Virus record (IMG/VR): IMGVR_UViG_3300020220_004906
Span: 1 to 64,000 of that record
Reading direction: 5' to 3' (one strand)
Origin: a virus
Length of the DNA stretch: 64,000 nucleotides
Shown: in pieces, positions 1 to 9,602 of the stretch
How positions within the stretch are numbered: the stretch's first letter is position 1
How the letters are laid out: every line of letters begins with the position of its first letter
Notes under the pieces: model-generated
Told to the model about the DNA's origin: nothing
The model's database searches: none
What the model saw: only the letters and a program-made list of their open reading frames with translations
Made by a program: the position numbers and the translations under genes

Positions 1-93
1 GTTTTTAATCATAAAGTGCATGAAATGGGGATCCTGATGGCGATCTGCGTCAGGATTCCTCATCAGCAACTGGCCACAGATGTTGAAAAATGA
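1..93 (+). CDS. 3' end of an upstream hypothetical CDS (partial)
   Basis: Frame 1 is open from the window start to TGA at 91-93, which overlaps the next ATG (ATGA coupling). Confidence 0.35.
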   Translation, partial: VFNHKVHEMGILMAICVRIPHQQLATDVEK

Positions 94-662
94 AAAAAAA
101 CATATTCATTGTGTATGGACACTACAGCGATAAATCTTTTAATGCTGCCATTAGAGACACTTTCATAGCCACTGCCAAACAAAAAGGCCACAACATAGAC
201 TGCGTGGACCTCTACAAAGAAAACTTTGATCCAGTGTATCGTGGTGAAAGTCCTGATGCAGTCACTCTATCACATCGCGAAAGGATCATGAAAGCGGACA
301 CCATTGTGTTGATTGCACCCATTTGGAATTTTAGAATGCCAGCCATACTGGAAGGATGGATTGACAAAGTGTTGGCACCACCTTTTGCATTTAGATTCAA
401 GCGATTGGTGGGCAACTATGGTTATCCCATTGGAAACCTTGCGGACAAAAATGCTGTGATCTTCTGTACCTATGGATCACCCAGACTGGCCATCACCACT
501 TTCTTTCTCAACCTACCAATCAGAAGATTGAAGCGAGGTGTGTTTCATATCTGTGGCATCAGAGACATCAAATACAGAAGATACTTTGCCGTGCCGTTCG
601 TGACCCCGGAAGAGCGCGCAGGATTCCTGCAGGATGTCAGGGACACAGCGGAGAATCTGTGA
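90..662 (+). CDS. NAD(P)H-dependent oxidoreductase, flavodoxin-like fold (Flavodoxin_2 / MdaB-KefF type)
   Basis: Family motifs GH..SFN..I, DLY..NFDP, ADTIVL.APIWNF.MPAILEGWIDKV. Confidence 0.85.
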   Translation: MKKNIFIVYGHYSDKSFNAAIRDTFIATAKQKGHNIDCVDLYKENFDPVYRGESPDAVTLSHRERIMKADTIVLIAPIWNFRMPAILEGWIDKVLAPPFAFRFKRLVGNYGYPIGNLADKNAVIFCTYGSPRLAITTFFLNLPIRRLKRGVFHICGIRDIKYRRYFAVPFVTPEERAGFLQDVRDTAENL

Positions 663-678
663 GGCATTTCATGGCAAG

Positions 679-686
679 TATAAATA
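679..686 (+). promoter_or_regulatory. T4 late-type promoter TATAAATA upstream of the csp leader
   Basis: Exact TATAAATA in the intergenic region ~125 nt before the csp ATG. Confidence 0.55.
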
Positions 687-812
687 ACAGTGAGTAATAA
701 CAGTAAAGTAAGGCAAGTAGAGACAGTAACAACGGGCACACAGTGCCAATAGAGATTTTCCCCACCCAACATACGGTACACAATATCAACAATCAACAGA
801 AAGAGTGAAACA

Positions 813-1010
813 ATGACACAAGGAACAGTGAAATGGTTCAATGCCCAGAAGGGTTTTGGATTCATAGCCACAGAGGACCGTGACGTGTTCGTTCACATCA
901 CCGCGGTTCAGGCCTCTGGCCTGGAAGGCCTAAACGAGGGCGACGCAGTGATGTTCGACATGGAGGACACCGCCAAGGGTCCTGCCGCCATCAACCTCAC
1001 AGTGCAGTAA
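813..1010 (+). CDS. cspA: Cold-shock protein (CSD)
   Basis: GTVKWFN..KGFGFI (RNP1) and DVFVH (RNP2); 65 aa. Confidence 0.95.
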   Translation: MTQGTVKWFNAQKGFGFIATEDRDVFVHITAVQASGLEGLNEGDAVMFDMEDTAKGPAAINLTVQ

Positions 1011-1020
1011 TCAGCACACA

Positions 1021-1041
1021 GCCCAGGGCTGGTCCCTGGGC
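1021..1041 (+). terminator. GC-rich hairpin after csp
   Basis: GCCCAGGG-CTGGT-CCCTGGGC inverted repeat just after the stop codon; no clear U-tract. Confidence 0.45.
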
Positions 1042-1067
1042 AACACAGCATACAATATTACCAAAGG

Positions 1068-1095
1068 TTGACACACAGCCACAGTGTGCTAAAAT
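1068..1095 (+). promoter_or_regulatory. Sigma70-type promoter
   Basis: TTGACA-16 nt-TAAAAT with extended TG, upstream of the 1121 ORF. Confidence 0.65.
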
Positions 1096-1120
1096 ATATC
1101 CATAAACAAAGGAGAACAAC

Positions 1121-1282
1121 ATGAGTAATTTGTTCACAATCAAGAATGGCATCATTGCCGCAGTGGTGATCCTAGCGGTCGTCATCGGCTACTACTTGCT
1201 GAAGCCCGCGCCCAAGGCGCCAGCTCCGGTCAAGCCAGCAGTGACAGCCCCGGCCACACCGGCGGCACCTGCCAAGAAGTAA
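1121..1282 (+). CDS. Small single-pass membrane protein with Pro/Ala-rich tail (53 aa; not in ORF track)
   Basis: MSNLFTIKNGIIAAVVILAVVIGYYLLKPAPKAPAPVKPAVTAPATPAAPAKK; AAGGAG RBS, promoter upstream, hairpin downstream. Confidence 0.8.
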   Translation: MSNLFTIKNGIIAAVVILAVVIGYYLLKPAPKAPAPVKPAVTAPATPAAPAKK

Positions 1283-1300
1283 TCACACACATACTGCAAC

Positions 1301-1324
1301 ATCACAGGGCATATGCCCTGTGAT
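1301..1324. terminator. Perfect 24-bp palindrome between convergent genes, likely terminator
   Basis: ATCACAGGGCAT|ATGCCCTGTGAT. Confidence 0.55.
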
Positions 1325-1342
1325 TGTTAGGCAATAAAAAGT

Positions 1343-1894
1343 TTAATCTAAATTTATATTTTGAGGCAAGCCATCTAGGCTCATTTGAACACTGATTCTG
1401 TCGCTGGTAAGATTCTCCACACTATGCAGTATGCGAGTATCAAGAATGGCCCAACTTCCTTCTTCTAGTCGCCTTGAATCCAATACCTTTAGTTTGCTGT
1501 AATCGCCCACACGTGAATGTGGATCTCTCATTATAGGATGTCCCTCTTCCTGCCAGTAGGTCAGGGTGGCGCCACCATCACGAACCAGATACTGCAGCAC
1601 ATACTTGCGTGTCTGATCGGTATGCACCCCCGCGGTGCCGGGATTGGCAGACCCGAACGCGTAGCGTATGCCAACATCACGGTACACCGAAGTGATGTTG
1701 TGCTTCAACCATGACTCTAGCTCGGGAGATGCCGTGCAGATGGGATTTCGCGCGGAAACCACAATCGTGCCATCTTCTCGCACATGAGTCCATCCAGGAT
1801 AATCTCTCAGTATGTCCGCGGGCCCATGGGCTAATATGGCATCAATAAAATGTTGGGGGATGGGAGATAGATTCAGCACTTTGAAATACCACAT
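1343..1894 (-). CDS. Putative cupin/2OG-Fe(II) oxygenase-like protein
   Basis: HxD (GVHTD) plus distal LHSV. Start moved to MWYFK at 1894, which follows a TAAATA box. Confidence 0.55.
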   Translation of the reverse strand: MWYFKVLNLSPIPQHFIDAILAHGPADILRDYPGWTHVREDGTIVVSARNPICTASPELESWLKHNITSVYRDVGIRYAFGSANPGTAGVHTDQTRKYVLQYLVRDGGATLTYWQEEGHPIMRDPHSRVGDYSKLKVLDSRRLEEGSWAILDTRILHSVENLTSDRISVQMSLDGLPQNINLD

Positions 1895-1996
1895 ATTAGA
1901 AATATTTATGGGGTGATAATATGCAAGCAACTTTTATTGAATTTTTTTTATTATAAGCAGTCATATTAAAATTATATCATATATCTTAAATATTTT

Positions 1997-2380
1997 ATGC
2001 CTAGAGTATTATATCAAAAAAAAAATTTAAGACAAAGCGTGGATAGTTGGTACAAAAAACGCAAGAAATGCTTTATGTATCACTATCATCTGGTCAATGG
2101 GGGCAAGTTGCCAGAGGATTGGATCAATCTCAATACCATATCTGGCTGCCGCTTCCATGGCTGGGTTCAGTTGGGGCACCTACATCGTGGCGAATTATGG
2201 AGTTATGCCACTGCTCGGCATCGTACCTTGATCACAATGCGAGTGCCAGCAAACAGATTGTTGTGGCCAGAACAGTACCGCAAGGTTTCGCGCAGCATGC
2301 TGCACCAGCAAAAACAGTGGAAGAATCAAATTGATCGTTTATGTAAAACCTATGGTGATAAATCTGATCTTTGGGTTTAA
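1997..2380 (+). CDS. Hypothetical basic protein
   Basis: 127 aa ORF with TAAATA 4 nt before the ATG. Confidence 0.55.
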   Translation: MPRVLYQKKNLRQSVDSWYKKRKKCFMYHYHLVNGGKLPEDWINLNTISGCRFHGWVQLGHLHRGELWSYATARHRTLITMRVPANRLLWPEQYRKVSRSMLHQQKQWKNQIDRLCKTYGDKSDLWV

Positions 2381-2384
2381 ATAA

Positions 2385-3173
2385 TTAAACCACTCTCAAT
2401 TCAATATTAAGCAGATCGGTAATCAGCATGCAGCCAGGCGAATGAGTAATACACAAACTGGGTTTGGCTTTTTGTATTACAACCTGAGGAGTAACGCCAC
2501 AGGCCCAAAACATTGGCACATGATCTAGAGGTAGTACATCAGGAGTTTCTCCCCAATTGGGTTGATATAAATTTTTAATTCCTATTTCCGCCGGATCACC
2601 TACATGCACAGGACCACCGTGTACCTTAGGAAATTTAGAAGTTATTCTCACTACCTCTTCCGCTCGATCTTTTGGAAAGGATCTCATGCTCACAACCATT
2701 GGTCCCCAAAAACGTCCAGCAGGCCGACACAGTTGATTTGTTATATACATAGGCACAATGGTACCTTGTTTGATATGAGGTAAATGAAATCCCGCTTCTA
2801 GTAAAGGCAATTCAAAACTTAGGCTACAGCCCAACACAAAAGCCACAAGATCAAGACTCCAATAAGAATCAATGTTTGTGGGTTCATCTACTAACTCACC
2901 GTGACGGAACACTCGATATTTGGGTACATCGGTACGTATATCTAATTCACCCAGAGTGCAATTCAAGAAAGGGTCACCCGGGGTGCTCATACCAATGAGT
3001 GGACAAGGTTTTGGATTACGCTGGCAGAAAGCAGCAAATTCTATAGCATATTCTGCAGGAAGTATAACCACATTACCTTGCACATGTTTACTGGCAGCAC
3101 CCGTGGTATACCCACAGTATTTGCCCGCTCTGATGATTTCTCTCGCCTCGCGAGAATCTTGAACATTCAACAT
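2385..3173 (-). CDS. DUF1445 / UPF0317 putative hydro-lyase (D-glutamate cyclase family)
   Basis: QGNVVILP, FCQRNPKPCPL, DIRTDVPKY, GCSLSFE, FWACGVTPQ, THSPGCMLITD. Start taken at MLNVQ (3173). Confidence 0.9.
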   Translation of the reverse strand: MLNVQDSREAREIIRAGKYCGYTTGAASKHVQGNVVILPAEYAIEFAAFCQRNPKPCPLIGMSTPGDPFLNCTLGELDIRTDVPKYRVFRHGELVDEPTNIDSYWSLDLVAFVLGCSLSFELPLLEAGFHLPHIKQGTIVPMYITNQLCRPAGRFWGPMVVSMRSFPKDRAEEVVRITSKFPKVHGGPVHVGDPAEIGIKNLYQPNWGETPDVLPLDHVPMFWACGVTPQVVIQKAKPSLCITHSPGCMLITDLLNIELRVV

Positions 3174-3194
3174 TATCCAATACTTATAGACACT

Positions 3195-3872
3195 ATGAAA
3201 AACTTTTTCCAATTTGACAGTGCCTGTGTAAATATTCATATGTTTGCAACATTCCAAGATGTGTGGAAAAAAGAAGAACTGTTGTGGTTTTACCAAGACA
3301 TGCAGAGGGCCAAATGTACTTTGGAGAAACAGAACAGCAGCGATCCCAACTATAAAAATCCTTCTTGTTTGCGATGGCTACATAAGAAAGGCACCGATGC
3401 CAGAAATCGATTAGAAGAAAAAATTTTAAAATTGTTGCCCGATCATGAAATGACCTTTGCAGCCTATGTAGAACAATATCAACCCAACATGTTACATTTT
3501 GACAGTGATGGCGGCCCATTTGGTGCCACTTGTATCATACCTCTTCTAGATTATAAAGGTGACACAGACCAAACACTGGTGTTTGATTATCTTTGCAAAG
3601 ACGGAGAAACCACAAAATCAACGTTGGAAAAGCTGTGCAAGGAAACAGAGCATGGTAGGCCTAAATTCAAGCACACACAGCAATATAAATTAGATCATTG
3701 CGGATACAATTCTATTATAAATGCCACAAAACTTTTGGGAGTGTTCTATTATAGACAAGGGGACATGGCAGTGTTTGACAAACGGTTATTACACTGCTCA
3801 AACAACTGGAATCTCACGGACCCTGTGAGGGAACACAAGGACTTTATCTTAATACACACACAAGCAAAATAG
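3195..3872 (+). CDS. Putative 2OG-Fe(II)/cupin oxygenase-like protein
   Basis: LHFD...TCIIPL...GDMAVFD..LLHCS. Start moved to MKNFF (3195), divergent from DUF1445. Confidence 0.55.
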   Translation: MKNFFQFDSACVNIHMFATFQDVWKKEELLWFYQDMQRAKCTLEKQNSSDPNYKNPSCLRWLHKKGTDARNRLEEKILKLLPDHEMTFAAYVEQYQPNMLHFDSDGGPFGATCIIPLLDYKGDTDQTLVFDYLCKDGETTKSTLEKLCKETEHGRPKFKHTQQYKLDHCGYNSIINATKLLGVFYYRQGDMAVFDKRLLHCSNNWNLTDPVREHKDFILIHTQAK

Positions 3873-3876
3873 ACAA

Positions 3877-4020
3877 TTAGTCCTCGTCCCCGGGCCTATC
3901 TCCCCAGCGCTGATGGGCAGTTTCACGCTCTCCCCATAGTTCCGGCAAAGTCCACTCTCGCTGACCGTTATAATCTTCCATGCAGTTGCTCTCTTCCCAT
4001 TCCCACCACTGAGAAAGCAT
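3877..4020 (-). CDS. Small Trp/acidic-rich peptide (47 aa; not in ORF track)
   Basis: MLSQWWEWEESNCMEDYNGQREWTLPELWGERETAHQRWGDRPGDED; fills the gap; AGAAGGG upstream. Confidence 0.5.
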   Translation of the reverse strand: MLSQWWEWEESNCMEDYNGQREWTLPELWGERETAHQRWGDRPGDED

Positions 4021-4028
4021 GGGCCCTT

Positions 4029-4172
4029 CTAGGTTAGTAGTTTCCAAGCAATTATACCCATTATGATTATCAGCACAATTAGCAGTCTAATTGCCCAACA
4101 TCTAGGGCAAAATCCTTCGTGGAATCTATCGCGGTATTTCTGTAATAATTCACTGATTTTGCGGTTTTGCAT
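4029..4172 (-). CDS. Small membrane protein (47 aa; not in ORF track)
   Basis: MQNRKISELLQKYRDRFHEGFCPRCWAIRLLIVLIIIMGIIAWKLLT; CxxC then a TM helix; TAAATA upstream. Confidence 0.6.
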   Translation of the reverse strand: MQNRKISELLQKYRDRFHEGFCPRCWAIRLLIVLIIIMGIIAWKLLT

Positions 4173-4289
4173 AGCTTATGTTATTTAATAGTCATCATAC
4201 AGACTAAAACATTACCAAAAATAACCATTTACAGACGTTAGATTCATAAATAATTCTGTATACAAACCAAGACTACGTAGGAGACTTAG

Positions 4290-5339
4290 ATGTCAAAACA
4301 AAAAATAAGATGGCTCATCACACATGAACCGCAAGATCTATTCATTAGAGCGGCACGTTGTTTCGAGCAAAAATTAGACGCGAAGTTACCTGGAAAATTT
4401 GAATTAGAACTTTACACTTCTGTGGACGATATGGTGGCGAAAAATGCTGACATGTTTTCAGCTGAAGAAAAAGAAGTTTTAAAAGACAGATCACCGGTAC
4501 TTAAAGGCCTAGAAAGCGACAATGAATCAGTTGAAGGAAAAGATTCAAACTTTAAATACAGAATAGCTAAATGGGCGAAAGTATTTGAAATCTTAAATGA
4601 TGGAAGAATACATATGTCACAAGCACAGGTTAACATCATTGGTGGTTACTTAGACAAAACCATTTCTGTGTTAGACATGCCTTTTTTATTCAAAGACCAC
4701 AACCATGTTACTAGAACGGTAGAAGGTGCTGTTGGAAAAATTATATCCAGCAAGGTTCACAATAAAACAGGTATCAAGCCACTTTGCTACACCTACTCTG
4801 GTGGATACAGAGTGATTGGTGCGACCCAAGATATTAAATCTTTGGAAGATCTAAGAAATCAACCACACTTCATCACCACAACAGGTGTGTCAAGTCATTT
4901 GTTCAGATATGCAGGTGCTGAAAAAGCCACAGGCACTTGGAGCTTGACAGACAGAGATGTTCAAGATATGAATGTCAACGGTGGAGCGATTGAAACAACT
5001 TTGATTAGATTTACTGGCAAGTATGTTTTCAAAACAAACCACAGCATGTTCATGACATCAATTCTTTGCGGTAAAACGTTTTGGAATTCTTTATCTGCAC
5101 AAGAAAAAGAACTATTCGTTCAAGCCGGCCTAGAAACTTCTAGACAAGAAAGAATCTGGTCATTAGAAGATGCAGCTAAAATCGAAGCAGAAGCAAAAGA
5201 AAAAGGATTGGTAATCAATACTATTTCTGATGTAGAAACTGCAGAGCTTAAGAAAGCGGCAGAAAAATGTTATCTGTCCGGTTTCTTAGATCGTCAAGGC
5301 ATTGATCATAAAATTGTTGGTCTTGCATTGAGATCATAA
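4290..5339 (+). CDS. TRAP substrate-binding protein (DctP family) homologue, no signal peptide
   Basis: LDMPFLFKDHNHV.R..EG.VG, YSGGYR, TNHSMF, FWNSLS..EK; AGGAG RBS. Confidence 0.85.
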   Translation: MSKQKIRWLITHEPQDLFIRAARCFEQKLDAKLPGKFELELYTSVDDMVAKNADMFSAEEKEVLKDRSPVLKGLESDNESVEGKDSNFKYRIAKWAKVFEILNDGRIHMSQAQVNIIGGYLDKTISVLDMPFLFKDHNHVTRTVEGAVGKIISSKVHNKTGIKPLCYTYSGGYRVIGATQDIKSLEDLRNQPHFITTTGVSSHLFRYAGAEKATGTWSLTDRDVQDMNVNGGAIETTLIRFTGKYVFKTNHSMFMTSILCGKTFWNSLSAQEKELFVQAGLETSRQERIWSLEDAAKIEAEAKEKGLVINTISDVETAELKKAAEKCYLSGFLDRQGIDHKIVGLALRS

Positions 5340-5373
5340 AAAATCACACCTATAGGCACGGTAGTTAAATACC

Positions 5374-6279
5374 GTGTCTATGGACTCACATCACCCTCTA
5401 TATTTCCAATGTCGGCATGATCCGTCTCATGAGAGATACGGGTTATTACATCAAAAAAGCAATAGTTTTTATATTATTGATAGTGATCCGGCGTTGTTAA
5501 AAAAAGTTCAATTAACAGCCATGAGATATGAGGTACTACATCTAGTAAACATAGATCATTTTTTTACTTTTTTAGAAAAAATATGGAAGATTTTGGACAA
5601 ATATCAAATTAAAAGCATGACCGAAGCACATCATATACACGAGCTCAGGGCGGCAGTATATCTAAACGACAAATCAAGGACAGAAGATATTCAAAAATTT
5701 CTAAATAATGATAACTGTCATTTTTTTGGAATGACTGTAAGCACAACTAGATCTATTCCGTTGGACATAAATCATTATCGTTTGCAAGATAATATAATAA
5801 AACATCAAAAAAAAGATAAACTTTTTAATGATGAGTTGCAGGAAAAATTATTTTTGATTCGTCGAATCTTATATGTTCTTAAAGGAGTGTTTGAATATTC
5901 TACGGAATTTGTAAATTTGCAAGAAAGCATTTGTAACTTTGGATTAAAAGAATATCAAAAACATTTTGCTATCTGCAATGCAACAGACACTGCTATTCCA
6001 AAAATAGTAGAAGGGGAGATAGAAAGCAATGAAATAAGAGTCAAGTCGATACAACAATTATATAACACAATTTATAAACGTTTTAACGAAATAAATTTTA
6101 ATCAATCTAATAAGGAAATACTTTTACAGTTCATCTCAACTATATGGGCAAAAGAATGTATTACGGAAGCAGAGGAACAATACCCAGATTTTCAGATGAC
6201 ATACGATATTAACAAAATTAGAGGCATTTTAAGAAATGAAATAAACAATCTGATCGCATATTATGCTTCTGAATTTTAA
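5374..6279 (+). CDS. Hypothetical protein X1 (paralogue of 8745-9506)
   Basis: Shares P.YF..R, YGLL..K.N.FY, LLK..QL and LQEK.F.I..IL..L..VF with 8745-9506. Confidence 0.75.
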   Translation: MSMDSHHPLYFQCRHDPSHERYGLLHQKSNSFYIIDSDPALLKKVQLTAMRYEVLHLVNIDHFFTFLEKIWKILDKYQIKSMTEAHHIHELRAAVYLNDKSRTEDIQKFLNNDNCHFFGMTVSTTRSIPLDINHYRLQDNIIKHQKKDKLFNDELQEKLFLIRRILYVLKGVFEYSTEFVNLQESICNFGLKEYQKHFAICNATDTAIPKIVEGEIESNEIRVKSIQQLYNTIYKRFNEINFNQSNKEILLQFISTIWAKECITEAEEQYPDFQMTYDINKIRGILRNEINNLIAYYASEF

Positions 6280-6291
6280 CAGGATATACAA

Positions 6292-7554
6292 ATGAGTAAT
6301 TCAACGTCCGAAGGAGCACATCTTATAGAAAAAATAAGAGCACACAATAATTTCGACGCATCTGTGTATCTTAAAAAATTAAAAAATAATCAATGCATGT
6401 ATCTAACACAACTTGGGTCTGGACTATTCCACGAATGGGATATGTTATCAAAAGATGCGCAATATTATCTAATGATACCATATATATTAATTGGCACTCG
6501 AGATTTTAGACCACGCATAGGTAAATTTGAAGACCCGTGGAAATCCAAGGTACATCCATTGTATGCTGCACCACCTTTAAAATTTATAAAAGATTCACTA
6601 GCGGATATTGCAGACAATCGTGCAATCCAACTTATAAACAATGCCAAAAGTACTGGAAGAAATATTGCAGTGATGTGGAGTGGCGGCATCGACAGCACAG
6701 TTATGTTAACTTCCATCCTAAAGAACATAAGCGATTCAGATCAGGAACTACTCACGGTATTTTTAACCACCCACAGTATATCCGACAATCCAGATTTTTA
6801 TTTTAAATTTTTATCTTCTAATAAAAAAATTCAAATAAAAAATGCAGCAACATTAAGAGTGGACAACAGTTTTTTAGATAAAACTCTTTTATTAACAGGA
6901 GATCCCGGGGATGGTGTGTTTGGTCCATCTTCGTCCATGTACAGTTGGTTTTCCGAAAGTAAAAAACACTTAGAACCATGGCGCGATCACTTGAAGACAA
7001 TCATGCAACTTCTTGAACCCAACATAGAAAGAGATATGCTTGTACAACCGGGTATAGGTGAATGGTTTACTAATATCGTGACTCAAAATTTAGAGGAAAG
7101 CGGCTATGCTGATCATGTCAGCTCAGTGACCGATTGGTACTGGTGGACATATTTTAATTATAAATGGTCTTCCTTATGCTCTTATCCCCTACATAATAGT
7201 ATTATGGGAGAGCAACATAAAGGAATCACACACGATAATCATAAATTTTACGCTGAAAATATTTTTTATCATACTACACAATGGCAACTTTGGTCCTATT
7301 CAAATTTAAAAGAACTAGTTGGGCCGGATGTTTTTAAAACTCATAAGTTGAAGGCTAGAGAATATATCTATGAGTTTGATAAAAATTTTCAATATTTTTC
7401 TAGAAAAAGAAAAACATCAACCCCACCTCCCAACATGAAATTGCAAAAGTCATCGTTGATCGGGCATGACGAAAATTGGAAACCAATCTATTTAGACCAT
7501 TATCCAGATAGATATCTTATAACTCTTATTCTATCAAGATATAAAACGTCATGA
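6292..7554 (+). CDS. PP-loop ATPase (adenine nucleotide alpha-hydrolase; Asn-synthetase C-domain-like) 1
   Basis: IAVMWSGGIDST PP-loop and TGDPGD (cf. AsnB SGEGAD); no glutaminase domain. Confidence 0.75.
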   Translation: MSNSTSEGAHLIEKIRAHNNFDASVYLKKLKNNQCMYLTQLGSGLFHEWDMLSKDAQYYLMIPYILIGTRDFRPRIGKFEDPWKSKVHPLYAAPPLKFIKDSLADIADNRAIQLINNAKSTGRNIAVMWSGGIDSTVMLTSILKNISDSDQELLTVFLTTHSISDNPDFYFKFLSSNKKIQIKNAATLRVDNSFLDKTLLLTGDPGDGVFGPSSSMYSWFSESKKHLEPWRDHLKTIMQLLEPNIERDMLVQPGIGEWFTNIVTQNLEESGYADHVSSVTDWYWWTYFNYKWSSLCSYPLHNSIMGEQHKGITHDNHKFYAENIFYHTTQWQLWSYSNLKELVGPDVFKTHKLKAREYIYEFDKNFQYFSRKRKTSTPPPNMKLQKSSLIGHDENWKPIYLDHYPDRYLITLILSRYKTS

Positions 7555-7562
7555 AGTAAACC

Positions 7563-8741
7563 ATGAATCAACACCTAATAAATCTAAAAGATTCTCCTTG
7601 TATACCTTGCAATCGTTTAGCTATACTGAGGCCGTCTGAAAGATTCCCACACGCCAAATATTGGATAAGGACTCAACATCTATTAATGGGCGTAATAGAT
7701 TTAAGGGCTCGAGTGGGCACGTTTACAACGCCATGGGATATCGCCAGCAATTCTTTATATAAAATTCCAGAATTTAAAATTACTAACGATTCTCTAGAAG
7801 ATCTATTAGATGAAAGAGCATTAGAAATTTATTATTCTGCCAAAAGGACTAATAAAAAAATTGCTGTCATGTGGAGCGGGGGGATCGACAGCACCTCGGT
7901 GTTGACTGCGTTCCTAAAAAATGTTCCGATCGCTGACAAAAATATTATTACGGTGTTGTGCGATACTAATTCTATTTTAGAAAATATTGAATTTTATAAA
8001 AAATTTATTTCAAATAAATTAACATGCATACATTACAGGACCATTAACTTGACCGAGGAATTCTTACAAAGTTATATATTGCTACACGGAGATCCTGGGG
8101 ATTGTTTATTTGGTCCTAGCATTTCCAAATATCAATACTTCATAGATCGCGGGCTACATTTAGAGCCATGGAAAAACCATCTAGGTAAAATGAAAGAATT
8201 ATTAGAGATACCCCAAGTTGATCCCATGTCGTATGAACCAGGGTTTGGGGATTGGTATGTAAATAAAATTACGAATAATTTAGAGGAAACAAAGCAGTCA
8301 GCATATCTCACTTCAATTGCCGAGTGGTGGTTTTGGACCTATTACAACTTCAAATGGGAATTCAGTTGTCAGCGTCCATTTGCATATTTAAGGAGGGATT
8401 TCACAACTAAATTTAGCGACAATAGTATAAAAGAATTTGCTCAAAATACTTTTTTTAATACTGAAAAATTTCAACAGTGGGCATATTCAAACATTAAGAA
8501 AAATATACCCAAAGATTTTTCATTACACAAACAACAAGTCAAGATGTACATATACGAGTTTACAAAAAATTTAGATTATTTAAAATACAAATCTAAATTG
8601 CCAGCGAGGCCAGCAAATCTTGATTTGATGACATCGTCTCCCTTCCGACCGATCTATTATACAAAAAATTGGCAAGGCGTGTTAGATGATTCGCTTTCTA
8701 TTAAAACCCTGAAAATATTGTTAGAGAGGTACCAAGGATAA
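7563..8741 (+). CDS. PP-loop ATPase (Asn-synthetase C-domain-like) 2, paralogue of 6292-7554
   Basis: IAVMWSGGIDST, HGDPGDCLFGPS, HLEPW, T.NLEE and W.W.Y.N.KW shared with the previous gene. Confidence 0.75.
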   Translation: MNQHLINLKDSPCIPCNRLAILRPSERFPHAKYWIRTQHLLMGVIDLRARVGTFTTPWDIASNSLYKIPEFKITNDSLEDLLDERALEIYYSAKRTNKKIAVMWSGGIDSTSVLTAFLKNVPIADKNIITVLCDTNSILENIEFYKKFISNKLTCIHYRTINLTEEFLQSYILLHGDPGDCLFGPSISKYQYFIDRGLHLEPWKNHLGKMKELLEIPQVDPMSYEPGFGDWYVNKITNNLEETKQSAYLTSIAEWWFWTYYNFKWEFSCQRPFAYLRRDFTTKFSDNSIKEFAQNTFFNTEKFQQWAYSNIKKNIPKDFSLHKQQVKMYIYEFTKNLDYLKYKSKLPARPANLDLMTSSPFRPIYYTKNWQGVLDDSLSIKTLKILLERYQG

Positions 8742-8744
8742 TTT

Positions 8745-9506
8745 ATGACAGGAATTGTTAAATCGCCTTATTATTTTTCTGTACGCTCACATATTGAGAC
8801 AGACCTTAATTTTTATGGACTGCTAGATATAAAACAAAATTGTTTTTATATGTTACACAGCAACCATTCATTGTTAAAATTTTTTCAACTTATGTTGTTA
8901 AAAAATTTCTATACTTTTTCTATCGTTAGTTTCAAACACCTCAATTGTGATATGCACAAAAATATTGACAACAGCGATTGTATAAATTGGGGCGGGACCG
9001 CCGACATGATCAACAGCCTAGAATTCGAAGTCAATACTTCGATGAATGAAGTAAAATTAATAAAAGTTACACCAGGTTATGATTTAATATTACAAGAAAA
9101 AATGTTTTTTATAATGTATATCTTGTCAAAATTAGATAATGTTTTTCAAAAAATACGGAAACACGAAATAGATATAAAAGAAACCATGCACGAGGGATAT
9201 GACGAATTAAGAAAATATCTTGAAATGCTCTGCCCAGATGATAAGAACATAAGTGAGTTTATCAACGAGGAAGACAAACAATTGCGTTCTAAATCCCAAG
9301 AATTAGATGTATATTGGCAAAAAATACTTTTATTTTTTTATAATCTTGATTTCCGCAATAATTCAACGATCTCCATGTTTGATTCTTTTAAAAAATATAT
9401 AGAAACAGCCGAATTTGGGCTCGAACGTTTTAGAAGGTTATATCGACACCCAGATGCAGCGCTAGAAGAATTTCACCAAATTTTAAATATAACTAGAAGA
9501 TCTTAA
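8745..9506 (+). CDS. Hypothetical protein X2 (paralogue of 5374-6279)
   Basis: Same shared motifs as X1. Confidence 0.75.
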   Translation: MTGIVKSPYYFSVRSHIETDLNFYGLLDIKQNCFYMLHSNHSLLKFFQLMLLKNFYTFSIVSFKHLNCDMHKNIDNSDCINWGGTADMINSLEFEVNTSMNEVKLIKVTPGYDLILQEKMFFIMYILSKLDNVFQKIRKHEIDIKETMHEGYDELRKYLEMLCPDDKNISEFINEEDKQLRSKSQELDVYWQKILLFFYNLDFRNNSTISMFDSFKKYIETAEFGLERFRRLYRHPDAALEEFHQILNITRRS

Positions 9507-9602
9507 GCCAAAATATCTAATATCCTTGGTAAAGTAGCATAAATACTTTTAACAAATTACCTTAATTTGTTATTTTAACGTTAAAAACAAAGGGAATAAA
9601 AA

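Noticed and set aside
3078-3296. Overlapping N-terminal extensions of the divergent DUF1445 and oxygenase ORFs
   Set aside because: Downstream ATGs (3173 and 3195) give non-overlapping genes, and family similarity starts there.
3877-8741. Lasso peptide biosynthetic cluster
   Set aside because: No recognisable transglutaminase-like peptidase, RRE/PqqD domain or precursor with the lasso consensus.
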